Notes: generated by a model not told the origin, from the sequence alone. A DNA stretch of 64,000 bases from an uncultured Pseudomonadota bacterium (GCA_903834465.1 CAILJB010000036.1:4386-68385), one strand, 5' to 3'. Shown: positions 49,382 to 60,995, counted from the stretch's first letter. Numbers and translations: made by a program.

Positions 49382-49873
49382 TTAGGCTCGAATAGGCGAA
49401 AACGAAAAACGTTCACATTGTGCAACTATTTCAATAAAACTTTTCAAGTCATCAATTTTACTGATGTCGCCGATGGTTCGTACTTTGTTTTGAATAGCGT
49501 CTTGTGCGAATAGTCCGTGAAACAAATAGTCAACGCTTACTTCAGTGACATTTCGAATAAAAGGTAGTGGCGAAAAATCGTATCGTGGTGTTTTATTTTT
49601 AGCTATTTCAAGCATATTTAGTTTCGCTTGATTTAAACATTCTTCAAGTACAAATGCTTCATCAATTACGGGTAAACAAGTATCATCAGAAGATGCACAA
49701 AGTGAAATTTCCATCGACACTAATTTTGCCTTTTTGCCTTTAAAAATAGCGAGTAAGAAACTTTCACCGCGTATTTCATTATTATCTGACCGACTCACTG
49801 CACAAATCGCATACGAAGGAAAGGATGATAAATTAGAATCGAGCGAAAAAAGTTTTACATTTTTTGTTTTCAT
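49382..49873 (-). CDS. hypothetical protein (163 aa), no family recognised
   Basis: The ORF is clean, with AAGG 7 nt upstream of the ATG. It lies 24 nt downstream of the 67-aa ORF on the same strand. Confidence 0.5.
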   Translation of the reverse strand: MKTKNVKLFSLDSNLSSFPSYAICAVSRSDNNEIRGESFLLAIFKGKKAKLVSMEISLCASSDDTCLPVIDEAFVLEECLNQAKLNMLEIAKNKTPRYDFSPLPFIRNVTEVSVDYLFHGLFAQDAIQNKVRTIGDISKIDDLKSFIEIVAQCERFSFSPIRA

Positions 49874-49897
49874 TGTATCGCCTTGAGTGATTAACGG

Positions 49898-50101
49898 CTA
49901 AACGAAAGAACGCACATAGTTGTGCGTAAAATTATGAATAGGCATTTGATTTTGTTGGAATTCTTCATACACGCCACTCAAATCTGCAGGTGTGATATAT
50001 GCGTAAATACCGACTCCTGTTTGTTTGATGAATTCATCACTTAATGCGTCAATGAATTGTTGCCAAAGTGAATCACCATGTCTTTCTTGTTCAATTTTCA
50101 T
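49898..50101 (-). CDS. hypothetical small protein (67 aa), no family recognised
   Basis: AGGAAA lies 7 nt upstream of the ATG. The protein is acidic with no transmembrane helix or signal peptide, and it is the first gene of a two-gene operon. Confidence 0.45.
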   Translation of the reverse strand: MKIEQERHGDSLWQQFIDALSDEFIKQTGVGIYAYITPADLSGVYEEFQQNQMPIHNFTHNYVRSFV

Positions 50102-50174
50102 TCGTTGTTTTCCTAACGTTTAATTTAAAATGTAACGAGAGATTAACGATATTTTGTTGCAATCACATGTCGGA

Positions 50175-50216
50175 ATCGTTGCAGTGTTATGTCAATTTCA
50201 TGTGTTTTATGTGACA
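50175..50216. promoter_or_regulatory. conserved intergenic element, copy B (TGTCA-N17-TGACA)
   Basis: 33 of 42 nt are identical to 43753-43794. Its proximal edge lies 74 nt upstream of the 67-aa ORF start. Confidence 0.4.
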
Positions 50217-50304
50217 CTTCGAGCTTGAAAAACGTGGCGGCTTTCGTTTAGCCAAGTTTTCAGTCACAATGCTATTTTTTTGTAACGATTATGAGTTGAA
50301 ATTT

Positions 50305-50631
50305 ATGGATTATCCTGAAAAAACATGTTCCATCGAACGTCTCGTCACACATGCCAAACTCGTTGATGCAACGCTCGCTGGACGTAAAACCCAACAACGT
50401 CGTAATGGTGTGTACGGTTATCCGAATGAAACGTTTGAACTTGAAGGCAAGCCCTTCGTTGTCACCGACTTGTACCAACAACGTTTAGGTGATATGACGG
50501 ACGCTGACGCACAAGCTGAAGGTTATCCAAGTTTAGCCATGTATCGTGATTTGATTTTAAAAATGCACGGTGGCATGGAATGGAATGACAACGCTTCGGC
50601 GTGGGTACATTGCTTTAAAGCGCAAGATTAG
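50305..50631 (+). CDS. ASCH domain protein
   Basis: It is ~108 aa with the KTQQRR block typical of ASCH/PUA-like folds (compare YqfB-like proteins). I chose the MDYPEK start. Confidence 0.6.
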   Translation: MDYPEKTCSIERLVTHAKLVDATLAGRKTQQRRNGVYGYPNETFELEGKPFVVTDLYQQRLGDMTDADAQAEGYPSLAMYRDLILKMHGGMEWNDNASAWVHCFKAQD

Positions 50632-50687
50632 TATCACGCGCGAACTTTTCCATTGTTGTTAAATTTTGTTAAGAAAAATTATCGGTT

Positions 50688-51011
50688 ATGCCAGACTTTC
50701 ATCCTTTTTTTCATTTCGACGACGATTTGGCAGTTCAAAATGCCAAACCTATATTAAAAAAACCGCCACTTTATCGCGTGATTTTGCTCAATGATGATTT
50801 CACGCCTATGGATTTTGTCATTGAAGTATTAACGAGCTTCTTTGGAATGCCAGAAGAAAAAGCGACGGCAGTAATGCTGCAAGTTCACACGCAAGGTATG
50901 GGTATTTGTGGTACCTATTCTAAAGACGTTGCCGAAACCAAAGTTTATATCGTCAACACCTATTCTCACGAGCATGAATATCCATTGAAATGTGCGATGG
51001 AAGAAATTTAA
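50688..51011 (+). CDS. clpS: ATP-dependent Clp protease adaptor ClpS
   Basis: It shows YRVILLNDDFTPMDFVIEVL...F......A...ML.VH..G, which is canonical ClpS. Confidence 0.9.
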   Translation: MPDFHPFFHFDDDLAVQNAKPILKKPPLYRVILLNDDFTPMDFVIEVLTSFFGMPEEKATAVMLQVHTQGMGICGTYSKDVAETKVYIVNTYSHEHEYPLKCAMEEI

Positions 51012-51020
51012 GGAGTCGTC

Positions 51021-53279
51021 ATGTTAGGCAAAACGTTAGAAATCACCCTAAATACGGCGTTTAAATCCGCCCGCGAACGGCGGCACGAATTTGTCACTGT
51101 TGAACATTTGTTATTTGCATTACTGGATAATCCGGATGTCGTGCCGGTTTTGAACGCTTGCGGCGGGGATGCAAAATGGTTGCGCGGGCAATTAGCGCGA
51201 TTTATTGATGAAACCATTTCTTATATTCCTGAAGGTTCGACACGCGATACGCAACCAACATTAGGATTCCAGCGCGTGTTGCAACGCGCTGTTTTTAATG
51301 TGCAGTCTTCGGATAAAAACGAAGTGACGGGTGCAAATTTATTGGTCGCCTTGTTTAGCGAACAAGAATCGCACGCCGTGTATTTGCTCAATAAACACGA
51401 TATTACACGCCTAGATGTGGTGAATTTTATCGCGCATGGCATCAGTAAATTCGATGATCCTTATGAAGAGCGAGAATCTTCAAGTAGTAATAACAATCAA
51501 GAATCAGATTCAAGCCGTCCGTTAGAAAAATATGCCACGAATTTAAACGAAGAAGCCGCGCGTGGACGAATTGACCCGTTAATTGGTCGAGCTGCCGAAA
51601 TTGAACGCACCATTCAAACACTTTGCCGTCGCCGTAAAAATAATCCGTTGCTCGTTGGCGAAGCGGGCGTGGGAAAAACTGCTATTGCCGAAGGCTTGGC
51701 AAAACGCATTGTAGAAGAAGATGTGCCAGATGTATTGCTCGATTGCGTGATTTATTCGTTAGATTTAGGTGCGTTGATTGCTGGGACAAAGTATCGCGGG
51801 GATTTTGAAAAACGTTTGAAATCCTTGTTGTCACAATTAAAAAAAGAACCCAACGCGATTTTATTTATCGACGAAATTCATACAATTATTGGCGCAGGTT
51901 CAGCATCGGGCGGTGTGATGGATGCAGCGAATTTGATTAAGCCGATGCTTGCAGCGGGTCAATTACGTTGCATTGGTTCGACAACGTATCAGGAATACCG
52001 TGGTATTTTTGAAAAAGATCACGCGCTGGCACGACGTTTTCAAAAAGTGGATATTTTAGAACCGTCTGTTGAAGAAACGGTGTTGATTCTGAAAGGCTTA
52101 AAAACCCGTTTTGAAGAGCATCATAACGTTAGTTATTCGCCTGAAGCCTTGCGTTTAGCAGCAGAATTATCGGATCGTTACATTACTGACCGGCATTTGC
52201 CTGATAAAGCTATTGATGTCATTGACGAAGCCGGTGCGAAACAGCGTATGACCGATGAAGCCGAACGCAAAACGCTTATCGGTGTGACAGAAATCGAAGA
52301 AATCGTCGCAAAGATTGCCCGAATTCCAGCCAAATCTGTCTCAAGCAATGACGTGGATAAATTGGCAAATTTAGAAAAAAATCTAAAAATGCTTGTGTTT
52401 GGACAAGATGAAGCAATTTCTGTGTTAGCCTCCGCGATTAAATTATCGCGTGCGGGTTTGCGTGATGCTCAAAAAACAATAGGGGCGTTTTTATTTGCAG
52501 GACCAACGGGTGTAGGGAAAACAGAAGTCACGCGCCAATTGGCGAAAGTATTAGGCATTGAATTGATTCGTTTTGATATGTCCGAATATATGGAACGGCA
52601 CACTGTTTCACGTTTAATCGGTGCGCCACCGGGTTATGTAGGTTTTGATCAAGGCGGATTGCTCACTGAACAAGTTAATAAACATCCACACGCAGTCTTG
52701 TTGTTAGATGAATTAGAAAAAGCCCATCCCGACGTATTTAATTTGTTATTGCAAGTAATGGATCATGGCACGTTGACCGATAATAATGGACGCAAAGCTG
52801 ATTTTCGTAACATCATTTTAGTCATGACTACAAATGCCGGCGCAGAAGAGGGCAGTCGTGCGTCGATGGGCTTTACGCCTCAAGATCATGCCAGCGACAG
52901 TTTGAAAGTGATTGAAAAAGGATTTACACCAGAATTTCGTAATCGTTTGGATGCAATTATTCAATTTAAACCGCTAGATATAAGCATTGTTGGTCATGTA
53001 GTGGACAAGTTTATTTTTGAACTCGAAACACTACTTGCAGACAAAAATGTGACCTTAACGCTCGATACGGAGGCGCGTTTATGGTTAGCCGAAAATGGGT
53101 GCGACGCTAAATTAGGCGCACGCCCAATGGCGCGATTGATTCAAGAAAGTATCAAAAAACCGTTAGCCAATGATTTACTCTTTGGCGAACTCGCGCACGG
53201 GGGGCATGTCAGAATTAGTGTGGAAAATAACGAATTAGCATTTGAGATTGAAAGTCTCGAAGTGCTGGTAACAGACTAA
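51021..53279 (+). CDS. clpA: ATP-dependent Clp protease ATP-binding subunit ClpA
   Basis: It has the Clp_N repeats, two AAA+ modules (GEAGVGKTA and GPTGVGKTE) and no middle coiled-coil domain, which makes it ClpA-like. Confidence 0.95.
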   Translation: MLGKTLEITLNTAFKSARERRHEFVTVEHLLFALLDNPDVVPVLNACGGDAKWLRGQLARFIDETISYIPEGSTRDTQPTLGFQRVLQRAVFNVQSSDKNEVTGANLLVALFSEQESHAVYLLNKHDITRLDVVNFIAHGISKFDDPYEERESSSSNNNQESDSSRPLEKYATNLNEEAARGRIDPLIGRAAEIERTIQTLCRRRKNNPLLVGEAGVGKTAIAEGLAKRIVEEDVPDVLLDCVIYSLDLGALIAGTKYRGDFEKRLKSLLSQLKKEPNAILFIDEIHTIIGAGSASGGVMDAANLIKPMLAAGQLRCIGSTTYQEYRGIFEKDHALARRFQKVDILEPSVEETVLILKGLKTRFEEHHNVSYSPEALRLAAELSDRYITDRHLPDKAIDVIDEAGAKQRMTDEAERKTLIGVTEIEEIVAKIARIPAKSVSSNDVDKLANLEKNLKMLVFGQDEAISVLASAIKLSRAGLRDAQKTIGAFLFAGPTGVGKTEVTRQLAKVLGIELIRFDMSEYMERHTVSRLIGAPPGYVGFDQGGLLTEQVNKHPHAVLLLDELEKAHPDVFNLLLQVMDHGTLTDNNGRKADFRNIILVMTTNAGAEEGSRASMGFTPQDHASDSLKVIEKGFTPEFRNRLDAIIQFKPLDISIVGHVVDKFIFELETLLADKNVTLTLDTEARLWLAENGCDAKLGARPMARLIQESIKKPLANDLLFGELAHGGHVRISVENNELAFEIESLEVLVTD

Positions 53280-53308
53280 CCGCTTAGACAACGAGTGCGT
53301 TAGTAAAA

Positions 53309-53527
53309 CTAACGTACTCGGAAAGTGATACGACCTTTGGTTAAATCGTAAGGAGTCATTTCAACTTTGACGCTATCGCCGGTGAGAATACGAATATAGT
53401 GTTTACGCATTTTGCCGGAAATGTGTGCGGTAACGATGTGACCATTTTCTAATTGGACGCGAAACATCGTATTTGGCAAGGTATCAATAACCTTACCTTC
53501 CATTTCAATTTGATCTTCTTTTGCCAT
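53309..53527 (-). CDS. infA: translation initiation factor IF-1
   Basis: [29 protein letters not shown]...[28 protein letters not shown] is near-universal IF-1. Confidence 0.95.
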   Translation of the reverse strand: MAKEDQIEMEGKVIDTLPNTMFRVQLENGHIVTAHISGKMRKHYIRILTGDSVKVEMTPYDLTKGRITFRVR

Positions 53528-53611
53528 ATTGTAATTTTTCCTGATTAAAATTTAATTTAAGTGTGTGAATTATAAGGTGCAAATTGTAGCATAACCAAAG
53601 ATGAAAACGTG

Positions 53612-55834
53612 TTACATCTTCGTAATTTTCCAACAATAATGAATTTTCTGATTGCGAACAAAATCTTCGGGAATTGTTTGCACGGTAATGTCGGTAATTT
53701 TCAAATTTTTAAAAATACTCTCATCAAACTTAAACTTTCTAAAATTTGTGGAAAAATACAACACGCCATCGGGTGTGAGCAATTTTGTCGCATGTTGAAT
53801 CAATTGAATGTAATCGCGCTGCACATCAAAAATTTCTTCCATACGTTTTGAATTTGAAAACGTCGGCGGGTCTAAAAAAATTAAATCATATTGGCGTGAT
53901 GCTTTTTTCGCTTCATTTTCTAACCATTCCACGCAATCGGCTTGAATAAATTCATGTCGCCCAATCGTTGAATTCAAAGCAAGATTGTTTTTTGCCCATT
54001 GCAGATAAGTGTTTGACATATCTACAGTTGTCGTCACCGTCGCGCCACCGACTGCCGCATGAACCGTCGCACTTCCTGTATAAGCAAACAAATTTAAAAA
54101 ACGTTTACCTTGTGCTTGTTTTTGAATTTGCAAACGAATCGAACGATGGTCTAAAAATATGCCGGTATCTAAATAATTTTCAAAATTCACTAATAACTTG
54201 CAACCGCCTTCGATAATTTCATGAAATACATCGGATTCTGCCTGTTTCTCATATTGCTCAGTGCTACGTTGTTTGCGGCGAATTTTTAATAGCACTTGTT
54301 CTTTTGGCACCTTTAACACGTTTGGAATTTCTGCCAGCAAACTAGCTAAACGCATATCGGCTTTATGTTGATCGACGCTTTTGGGTGGTTCGTATTCTTG
54401 AACATTTACCCACGTTTTGTCGCTGTGATAAATATCGATTGCTACCGCGTATTCGGGCAAATCCGCATCATAAACCCGATAGGCAAAGACATTATGTTGT
54501 TTTGCCCATTTCGATAATTTTTTCAGATTTTTCTGTAACCGATTGGCGAACATCGGCGCGGGTTCAACAGGTGTTAAATCTTCTTTTATTTCAGGTGTTT
54601 CATTGAGTTGAGTAGCGACTTCGATAACGTGTTCAATGCGTTCTTCGACTGTTCTTTCTTTTGGAATGAAAAACGTTTTTTCTTCAATCGATAAACGCAA
54701 TAATCGACATTCCAACGCACCGTTAAATAATGTAATCGGTTTTTGCGAACGAATCCCTAAACGAAACCCCAATTCTGGATTACTGATAATTAACGCCGCT
54801 TGCCAACCGGTGAAATTGTTTTTTAACGTTTGTCCGAATTGTTCATACAAAATAGCGGTTTCGGCTTCGTCGCCCAATCGTTCACCGTAAGGCGGATTAC
54901 AAACCACTAATCCCGCTGTCCAACTTTCAGGTGGTTTTGCATCTAAAATATCGCGGCGTTCAATGTGTATTTTGCCTTGAAAACCTGCATTAGCAACGTG
55001 TGCTAAAGCGGTATTGACGGTATTTTTATTTTTGTCAAAACCGACAATCATCGGCAATTTTTTCATGCCGACAATTTTGCGCCATTCGGCATCACGCCGT
55101 AGGTTTTGCCAACATTCTTTATCGTGTTTTTTCCAACCTAAAAAGCCAAAATAATCACGTCCAAGAGCCGGCGCACAATCGGCGGCAATCATTGCGCCTT
55201 CGAGTAATAATGTTCCCGAACCGCACATAGGGTCTAACAGTGATTTGCCTTCGGCTGCCATTTTCGCCCAACCACAACGTAATAATATCGCGGCAGCTAA
55301 ATTTTCTTTCATTGGTGCTTCAATACTGACATCGCGATAACCGCGACGGTGTAAACTTTCGCCCGATAAATCCAAACTTAATTCGGCGTTTTCACCATTC
55401 AAATGCACGTTGATGCGAATGTGTGGACGCTCTGTGTTAATGCTCGGACGAACGCCGAATTTGGCTCGCATTTGGTCAACAATCGCGTCCTTGACTTTCA
55501 ATGCACCAAAATGACTGTTAGTGATAACGGTCGAATTTTTTGAACTAAATGAGACGGCAAAGGTGTCTTCGGCATTGAAATGTTCAAACCAATTGATTTT
55601 TTGCACCGCCGCATATAAATCATTTTGTGACCGAACTTCAAATTTACTCAATTGCAATAAAACCCGATTCGCCACACGCGACCACAAACACACGCGATAT
55701 GCCGTTTCTAAATTCCCCGAAAAAGCAACACCTGCTGTTGTGGCTTTCAGTTGTGTGACACCTAGTGTGCGTAATTCGGTGGTTAAAATATCTTCGAGAG
55801 CTTTGGGCGTGGTGGCAAAAAAGTTGTGTGTCAT
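53612..55834 (-). CDS. rlmL: bifunctional 23S rRNA (guanine2069-N7)/(guanine2445-N2)-methyltransferase RlmK/L
   Basis: It is 740 aa with a THUMP region, a first methyltransferase domain (DPMCGSGTLL, NPPYGERL) and a second SAM methyltransferase domain (FLNLFAYTGS, DPPTFS). Confidence 0.9.
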   Translation of the reverse strand: MTHNFFATTPKALEDILTTELRTLGVTQLKATTAGVAFSGNLETAYRVCLWSRVANRVLLQLSKFEVRSQNDLYAAVQKINWFEHFNAEDTFAVSFSSKNSTVITNSHFGALKVKDAIVDQMRAKFGVRPSINTERPHIRINVHLNGENAELSLDLSGESLHRRGYRDVSIEAPMKENLAAAILLRCGWAKMAAEGKSLLDPMCGSGTLLLEGAMIAADCAPALGRDYFGFLGWKKHDKECWQNLRRDAEWRKIVGMKKLPMIVGFDKNKNTVNTALAHVANAGFQGKIHIERRDILDAKPPESWTAGLVVCNPPYGERLGDEAETAILYEQFGQTLKNNFTGWQAALIISNPELGFRLGIRSQKPITLFNGALECRLLRLSIEEKTFFIPKERTVEERIEHVIEVATQLNETPEIKEDLTPVEPAPMFANRLQKNLKKLSKWAKQHNVFAYRVYDADLPEYAVAIDIYHSDKTWVNVQEYEPPKSVDQHKADMRLASLLAEIPNVLKVPKEQVLLKIRRKQRSTEQYEKQAESDVFHEIIEGGCKLLVNFENYLDTGIFLDHRSIRLQIQKQAQGKRFLNLFAYTGSATVHAAVGGATVTTTVDMSNTYLQWAKNNLALNSTIGRHEFIQADCVEWLENEAKKASRQYDLIFLDPPTFSNSKRMEEIFDVQRDYIQLIQHATKLLTPDGVLYFSTNFRKFKFDESIFKNLKITDITVQTIPEDFVRNQKIHYCWKITKM

Positions 55835-55875
55835 TTATTGATAATTTTTGGATAAAAGGAAAAAACGAGCAGATT

Positions 55876-55901
55876 GGAGTACAAACTCGTGTTTGTACTC
55901 C
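55876..55901 (-). terminator. strong stem-loop downstream of rpiA
   Basis: It has an 11-bp perfect stem (GGAGTACAAAC / GTTTGTACTCC) and a 4-nt loop. The T-run on the minus strand is displaced ~10 nt, so the terminator function is uncertain. Confidence 0.4.
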
Positions 55902-55910
55902 AAAAAAGAA

Positions 55911-56564
55911 TTACATCGTAATGATTTGGTCGCCTTTACTGACGAGAACCACATCCGCAGGACGAGCTGAGAAAATGCCTACCATGACCACGCCGGTAAT
56001 GTTGTTAATGAGTGCTTCCAATTTTGTTGGGTCGATAATGTTTAAATTATGTACATCCAAAATGATGTTGTGATTATCGGTAATGCAGTGTTCACGGTAA
56101 ATCGGTTGACCACCTAATTTCACGAGTTCACGCGCCACATAACTGCGTGCCATTGGTACAACTTCAACAGGCAAGGGGAATTTACCCAAAACATCAACGA
56201 GTTTTGTTTCGTCAGCAATACAGACGAATTTACGACTTGCAGCCGCGATAATTTTTTCGCGTGTTAATGCCGCCCCGCCACCTTTAATCAATTGTTTGTG
56301 CGGATTCACTTCGTCTGCGCCATCCACATAAATATCGAGTGTGCCAACATCGTTTAAATCTAAAACAGGAATACCTAAATCTTTTAAACGTTTGGTACTC
56401 GCTTCAGAACTGGACACCGCGCCTTCAATATCATTTTTAAAATCGGCTAAAAAATCAATAAAGTGATTGACGGTCGAACCTGTCCCTACGCCAATAACTG
56501 GCACGCCTTTGATATAAGGTAACGCCGCTTCGGCGACTTTGCGTTTTAATTCATCTTGTGTCAT
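55911..56564 (-). CDS. rpiA: ribose-5-phosphate isomerase A
   Basis: It has the GVGTGST, DGADEV and [12 protein letters not shown] motifs. Confidence 0.9.
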   Translation of the reverse strand: MTQDELKRKVAEAALPYIKGVPVIGVGTGSTVNHFIDFLADFKNDIEGAVSSSEASTKRLKDLGIPVLDLNDVGTLDIYVDGADEVNPHKQLIKGGGAALTREKIIAAASRKFVCIADETKLVDVLGKFPLPVEVVPMARSYVARELVKLGGQPIYREHCITDNHNIILDVHNLNIIDPTKLEALINNITGVVMVGIFSARPADVVLVSKGDQIITM

Positions 56565-56672
56565 TTGAGTGTTTCTCCATATTTAATTCGGCAAGGCAGA
56601 ATAACCTCGCGCTCGCGCGATAATAACGCATCATTGGTTTTTTTATCAGCGAATTTTGTTTTCTACTAGGTG

Positions 56673-57005
56673 TTAAGCTGAAAATGACGAACCACAGCCA
56701 CATGTCGTGGTTGCATTCGGATTGCGAATGACAAATTGTGAGCCATTCAAATCTTCTTTGTAATCGATTTCTGCGCCAGTTAAATAGGCAATACTCATCG
56801 CATCAACCAATACGGTTACGCCATTTTTTTCAACTTGCGTATCATCGTCATTCACTTCTTCATCGAACGTAAAACCGTATTGAAAACCAGAACAGCCGCC
56901 ACCTGAAACATAAACACGCAATTTCAAGTTTGCGTTGCCTTCTTCTTCAATCAATTCACTTACTTTTGTCGCGGCACTGTCGGTAAAAATTATTGGTGTG
57001 GTCAT
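56673..57005 (-). CDS. erpA: iron-sulfur cluster insertion protein ErpA (A-type carrier)
   Basis: It shows [14 protein letters not shown] and C-terminal CGCGSSF. I chose the MTTPII start. Confidence 0.85.
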   Translation of the reverse strand: MTTPIIFTDSAATKVSELIEEEGNANLKLRVYVSGGGCSGFQYGFTFDEEVNDDDTQVEKNGVTVLVDAMSIAYLTGAEIDYKEDLNGSQFVIRNPNATTTCGCGSSFSA

Positions 57006-57076
57006 AAAAAACAATCCATTAGGTTAAAATTAAAAACAGCTTGAATTATGGCTATTCCTAGTATTACAGTCAAGAA

Positions 57077-58117
57077 TTAGGGATATAACGCCACTGTCGC
57101 TAAACCTTGATTTTCAGGTAAACCAAAACGCAAATTCATTGATTGCACCGCTTGACCTGCTGCGCCTTTTACTAAATTATCAATGACGGACAAAATCACC
57201 ACTGTTTTTCCGCCTTGTGGCACATGCAAGGCAATTTGACAACGATTGCTACCTCGCACATTTCGCGTATCCGGATGCGACTCGAATGGTAAAATATCGA
57301 CAAATTCTTCTTGTGCGTAACGGGTTTCGTAAATATTTTGCAATTCGGCAGGACTGATTTCATTGGTCAATGTGGCATATAACGTTGCATGAATGCCACG
57401 AATCATGGGCGTTAAATGCGGCACAAATGTCAAATTAACGGCTTGTTTAGTCATAAGAGTTAAGCCTTGTGTAATTTCAGGCAAATGCCGATGACCATTT
57501 ACCGCGTAGGCTTTAAAACTTTCACCGGCTTCACTCATAAGCGTGGCAATTTCAGCTTTACGCCCCGCGCCACTCACGCCCGATTTTACGTCAGCGATTA
57601 GATTATCCGTATTAACCACACCTTTTTCCAACAACGGTAAAAAACCTAATTGCACAGCGGTTGGATAACAGCCTGCACAAGCAATCAAATCTGCTGTTTT
57701 CAATGCGTCTCGATGAATTTCTGGCAAACCGTAAACAGCTTTTGCAATTAAATCTGTGCTGGCATGTGTCAAACCATACCATTTTTCCCATTCGGAAACG
57801 TCTTTTAAACGAAAGTCTGCTGACAAATCGATAACTTTAATACCTAAATCCAACAGCTCTTTTGCCATGAGCATTGCTGTACCATTTGGCGTGGCAAAAA
57901 AAACCACATCACAATTACTCAACGCATCGATGGTTGGCAAACAAAAGGTTAAATCCGCCAAATAGCCACGCAAATTCGGATATAACGCATCAACGCGCAT
58001 TCCCACATCAGAACGCGAAGTCACAGCGGTAATTTTTACATCCGAATGCAATGCCAAAATGCGTAAAAGTTCCACGCCTGTGTAACCTGTTCCGCCAACA
58101 ATACCTACTTTAATCAT
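57077..58117 (-). CDS. argC: N-acetyl-gamma-glutamyl-phosphate reductase
   Basis: It has GGTGYTG, the active-site block ACAGCYPT and [10 protein letters not shown] near the C-terminus. Confidence 0.9.
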   Translation of the reverse strand: MIKVGIVGGTGYTGVELLRILALHSDVKITAVTSRSDVGMRVDALYPNLRGYLADLTFCLPTIDALSNCDVVFFATPNGTAMLMAKELLDLGIKVIDLSADFRLKDVSEWEKWYGLTHASTDLIAKAVYGLPEIHRDALKTADLIACAGCYPTAVQLGFLPLLEKGVVNTDNLIADVKSGVSGAGRKAEIATLMSEAGESFKAYAVNGHRHLPEITQGLTLMTKQAVNLTFVPHLTPMIRGIHATLYATLTNEISPAELQNIYETRYAQEEFVDILPFESHPDTRNVRGSNRCQIALHVPQGGKTVVILSVIDNLVKGAAGQAVQSMNLRFGLPENQGLATVALYP

Positions 58118-58187
58118 GTTTTTTCCTTGTGATAATCATAAGAGTTGTGGCATTTTAACCAATCGCTCACTTTAAAGAATAAATTTT

Positions 58188-59081
58188 ATGTACGTCGCGC
58201 TCAAACAACTCGAACAAACTTTTTTACCGTCAGTTTTAACGCCTATTTTCTCGCCATTTTTAGAAAAACATGGCGTGGAATTACAGTTAAAACGGGATGA
58301 TTTATTACATCCGATTATTTCAGGAAACAAATGGCGAAAATTAAAATATAGTCTCCATCACGCATTATCGCTTAACAAAACCACGTTAATTAGTATGGGT
58401 GGCGCGTATTCCAATCATTTACACGCGCTGGCTTATGTTAGAAAAACGTTAGGATTAAAAACAATCGGATTGGTTCGCGGTGAAGAATGTGAAACACCAA
58501 CATTACACGATTTAAATGCCTTTGGGATGGAATTACGTTTTGTTTCACGAGGCGATTATCGTTTATTACGCGACTATAAAACGTGGGACAGTTTGCCGAA
58601 TTTAGGTGAAAACGACTATTGGTTACCCGAAGGTGGTGCGTCAACATTTGCGTTACAAGGTGTGAGCGAATTGGTTGGTGAAATTCAGCAAGATTATGAC
58701 GTGCTTTGTGTTCCATGTGGCACAGCAACAACGCTTGCAGGCTTGGTTCACGCCGTACCGGATAACGGTTCGATTTTAGGTTTTGCCGCGTTAAAAAATG
58801 CCACATTTTTAAATAACGATGTCACACAATTACTAGAAAAGCCGCGTGATAACTGGCAAATTCGCTTAGATTATCATCACGGTGGTTTTGCTAAAACGAC
58901 ACCGGCATTACTCACATTTATTCGCCAATTTGAAATCGAAACACGCATTCCTTTAGAGCCAATTTATACCGGAAAGATGCTGTATGGACTTTATGATTTG
59001 ATTGCAAAAAATCATTTTTCGCGTGGCACACGCATTGTTGCATTACATACTGGCGGATTGCAGGGAAATAGAGGTTTCTAA
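58188..59081 (+). CDS. PLP-dependent ACC deaminase / D-cysteine desulfhydrase family protein
   Basis: It has the SGNKWRKL lysine motif, GGAYSNH and a C-terminal HTGG block. Substrate cannot be determined from the sequence. Confidence 0.7.
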   Translation: MYVALKQLEQTFLPSVLTPIFSPFLEKHGVELQLKRDDLLHPIISGNKWRKLKYSLHHALSLNKTTLISMGGAYSNHLHALAYVRKTLGLKTIGLVRGEECETPTLHDLNAFGMELRFVSRGDYRLLRDYKTWDSLPNLGENDYWLPEGGASTFALQGVSELVGEIQQDYDVLCVPCGTATTLAGLVHAVPDNGSILGFAALKNATFLNNDVTQLLEKPRDNWQIRLDYHHGGFAKTTPALLTFIRQFEIETRIPLEPIYTGKMLYGLYDLIAKNHFSRGTRIVALHTGGLQGNRGF

Positions 59082-60124
59082 TAAAACTTGGCTTTAAACC
59101 AAAATGCAACATTCACCAACAAAATCAGAGCTGGCACTTCAATCAATGGTCCAATTACACCTGCAAAGGCTTGTCCGCTGTTAATGCCAAATACGCCAAT
59201 TGCCACAGCAATCGCTAATTCAAAATTATTGCCTGCTGCCGTAAACGCGATAGAAGTATTTTTGGAATAATCTTTTTCAAAATAACGCGCCAACCAAAAA
59301 CTACCCAAAAACATTACCATAAAATAAATCGCTAGGGGCGTTGCGATTTCTAACACATCTAACGGAATGCTAACAATTAGTTCACCTTTCAAACTAAACA
59401 TTAAAACAATCGTTGATAGCAGTGCAACCAGCGTAATCGGTGAAATTTTCGGCACATAAACCGTTTCATACCATGTTTCACCTTTGAATTTAATCAATCC
59501 AAATCGGCTAATCATGCCCGCCAAAAATGGAATTCCCAAATAAATACAAACACTTTTGGCGATTTGGCTAATGGTAATATTGACTGCAAATCCTTTTAAT
59601 CCAAGCAGCGGTGGCAACCATGTGATAAAAACATACGCATAAATACTGTAAAACAACATTTGTAAAATGCTATTTATTGCTACTAGCCCAGCGGTGTATT
59701 CTCGATTGCCGCCGGCAAGTTCGCTCCATACAATTACCATCGCAATACAGGGCGCAATGCCAATAAGCATTAAGCCCATCATGTATTCGGGTTGATTTTT
59801 TAGAAATAAAATTGCTAACGCAAACATTAGTAATGGCGCGACAATCCAAATTAAAAATAGCGTCACACTAATCAATCTTAAATTCGTGAACACCACGCCC
59901 ATTTTTGCATAATTAACTTTCGCAAGCGGCGGATACATCATTAAAATCAAACCAATTGCTAACGGAATATTGGTTGTGCCGCTGGAAAAAGAATTAAAAA
60001 ACGCGCTACTTTCTGGCAAAAAATAACCCAGACTTACGCCTATTGCCATTGCCAGAAAAATCCAAAGCGTTAAAAATCTATCTAAAAATCCTAATTTTTT
60101 TCTTTCAGACATTTGCAATTTCAA
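59078..60124 (-). CDS. arsB: ACR3-family arsenite efflux transporter
   Basis: It is a ~10-TM protein with the ACR3 hallmark region [11 protein letters not shown] (conserved Cys-containing P-C motif). It lies downstream of arsR-arsC. Confidence 0.85.
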   Translation of the reverse strand: MKLQMSERKKLGFLDRFLTLWIFLAMAIGVSLGYFLPESSAFFNSFSSGTTNIPLAIGLILMMYPPLAKVNYAKMGVVFTNLRLISVTLFLIWIVAPLLMFALAILFLKNQPEYMMGLMLIGIAPCIAMVIVWSELAGGNREYTAGLVAINSILQMLFYSIYAYVFITWLPPLLGLKGFAVNITISQIAKSVCIYLGIPFLAGMISRFGLIKFKGETWYETVYVPKISPITLVALLSTIVLMFSLKGELIVSIPLDVLEIATPLAIYFMVMFLGSFWLARYFEKDYSKNTSIAFTAAGNNFELAIAVAIGVFGINSGQAFAGVIGPLIEVPALILLVNVAFWFKAKFY

Positions 60125-60613
60125 CTAAGTTAAAGCAATTTCACGCACATTTTTTTCCAACGCTAACTGATTTAGGCTAGATGGATTGAGCGCGGCAAAC
60201 AACGAAATACGACGATGCAAAATCGCAAAGGCTTGGGCAAATGCGATATTTTTTTGTTCTTCTTCCGCCGCCGCAGGATCAAAAACGCCCCAATGCGCGG
60301 TAATCGGTTGTCCTGCCCAAATCGGACACACTTCACCTGCTGCGTTGTCACAAACGGTAATGACAAAATCGAGTTGTGGCGCATCAGGTTTTGCGAATTC
60401 TTCCCAACTTTTACTGCGAGGATTTTCTACAACGATGCCTTCTTTTTCTAATTGTTTTAAAGCGTAAGGATTCACAAGACCTATTGGCATACTGCCTGCA
60501 CTAAAAGCCTGAAAACGTCCTTTTCCAATATGATTCAAAATGCCTTCGGCTAAGATGCTACGCGCAGAATTTCCTGTGCATAAAAAAAGAACGTTATAAA
60601 TTTTGTCTGGCAT
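60125..60613 (-). CDS. arsC: arsenate reductase, LMW-PTP / thioredoxin-coupled type
   Basis: It has the CTGNSARS P-loop and a downstream Cys pair (VCDNAAGEVCP). Confidence 0.85.
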   Translation of the reverse strand: MPDKIYNVLFLCTGNSARSILAEGILNHIGKGRFQAFSAGSMPIGLVNPYALKQLEKEGIVVENPRSKSWEEFAKPDAPQLDFVITVCDNAAGEVCPIWAGQPITAHWGVFDPAAAEEEQKNIAFAQAFAILHRRISLFAALNPSSLNQLALEKNVREIALT

Positions 60614-60643
60614 AAAAAGCCTCGTTAATTTGAAAGAGATTAT

Positions 60644-60961
60644 TTAATTTTTTGACGGTATCACACATTTTTCAGGATGACCTTCGCAGCATTCTTCAGT
60701 GAGATAGGCGATTAAATCGAGCATTAACGGAATGTTGGCGCGATAACGTTGAAAACGACCTTCTTGTTCAACGCTTAACAAACGATTTTGCGTGAGTGCT
60801 TTTAAGTGAAACGAAAGATTCGTCGGTGGCACATTAAGCGATGTGGCGATTTCACCCGCGACCATGCCTTCCATGCCTTTTTTAACGAGTAAGCGAAATA
60901 CATCAAGTCGCACGCCAGACGAAAGTGATTCAAAAATAGAGATTGCAATAGTATTTTCCAT
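60644..60961 (-). CDS. arsR: ArsR/SmtB family transcriptional repressor
   Basis: It has a winged HTH (ALS...RL.VFRLL...G...AGEIA..L.V...NLSFHLK.L) and a C-terminal Cys cluster (ECCEGHPEKC). Confidence 0.8.
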   Translation of the reverse strand: MENTIAISIFESLSSGVRLDVFRLLVKKGMEGMVAGEIATSLNVPPTNLSFHLKALTQNRLLSVEQEGRFQRYRANIPLMLDLIAYLTEECCEGHPEKCVIPSKN

Positions 60962-60979
60962 GTTTTAATTATATAACTA

Positions 60980-60995
60980 TTCAACAAATATTGAA
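60980..60995. promoter_or_regulatory. candidate ArsR operator (inverted repeat)
   Basis: TTCAA-CAAATA-TTGAA lies 19 nt upstream of the arsR start. The function is inferred only from position and symmetry. Confidence 0.3.

Noticed and set aside
50217-50304. A possible additional Pho-like box upstream of the ASCH gene (CAGTCAC-AATG-CTATTTT).
   Set aside because: Only the first repeat resembles the local consensus. The second repeat and the -10 spacing do not fit.
53292-53320. A 12-bp hairpin (CGAGTGCGTTAG / CTAACGTACTCG) between clpA and infA, whose right arm lies inside the last infA codons.
   Set aside because: It is plausibly just a convergent-gene terminator. It has no U-tract on either strand and nothing else unusual, so I did not list it as a feature.
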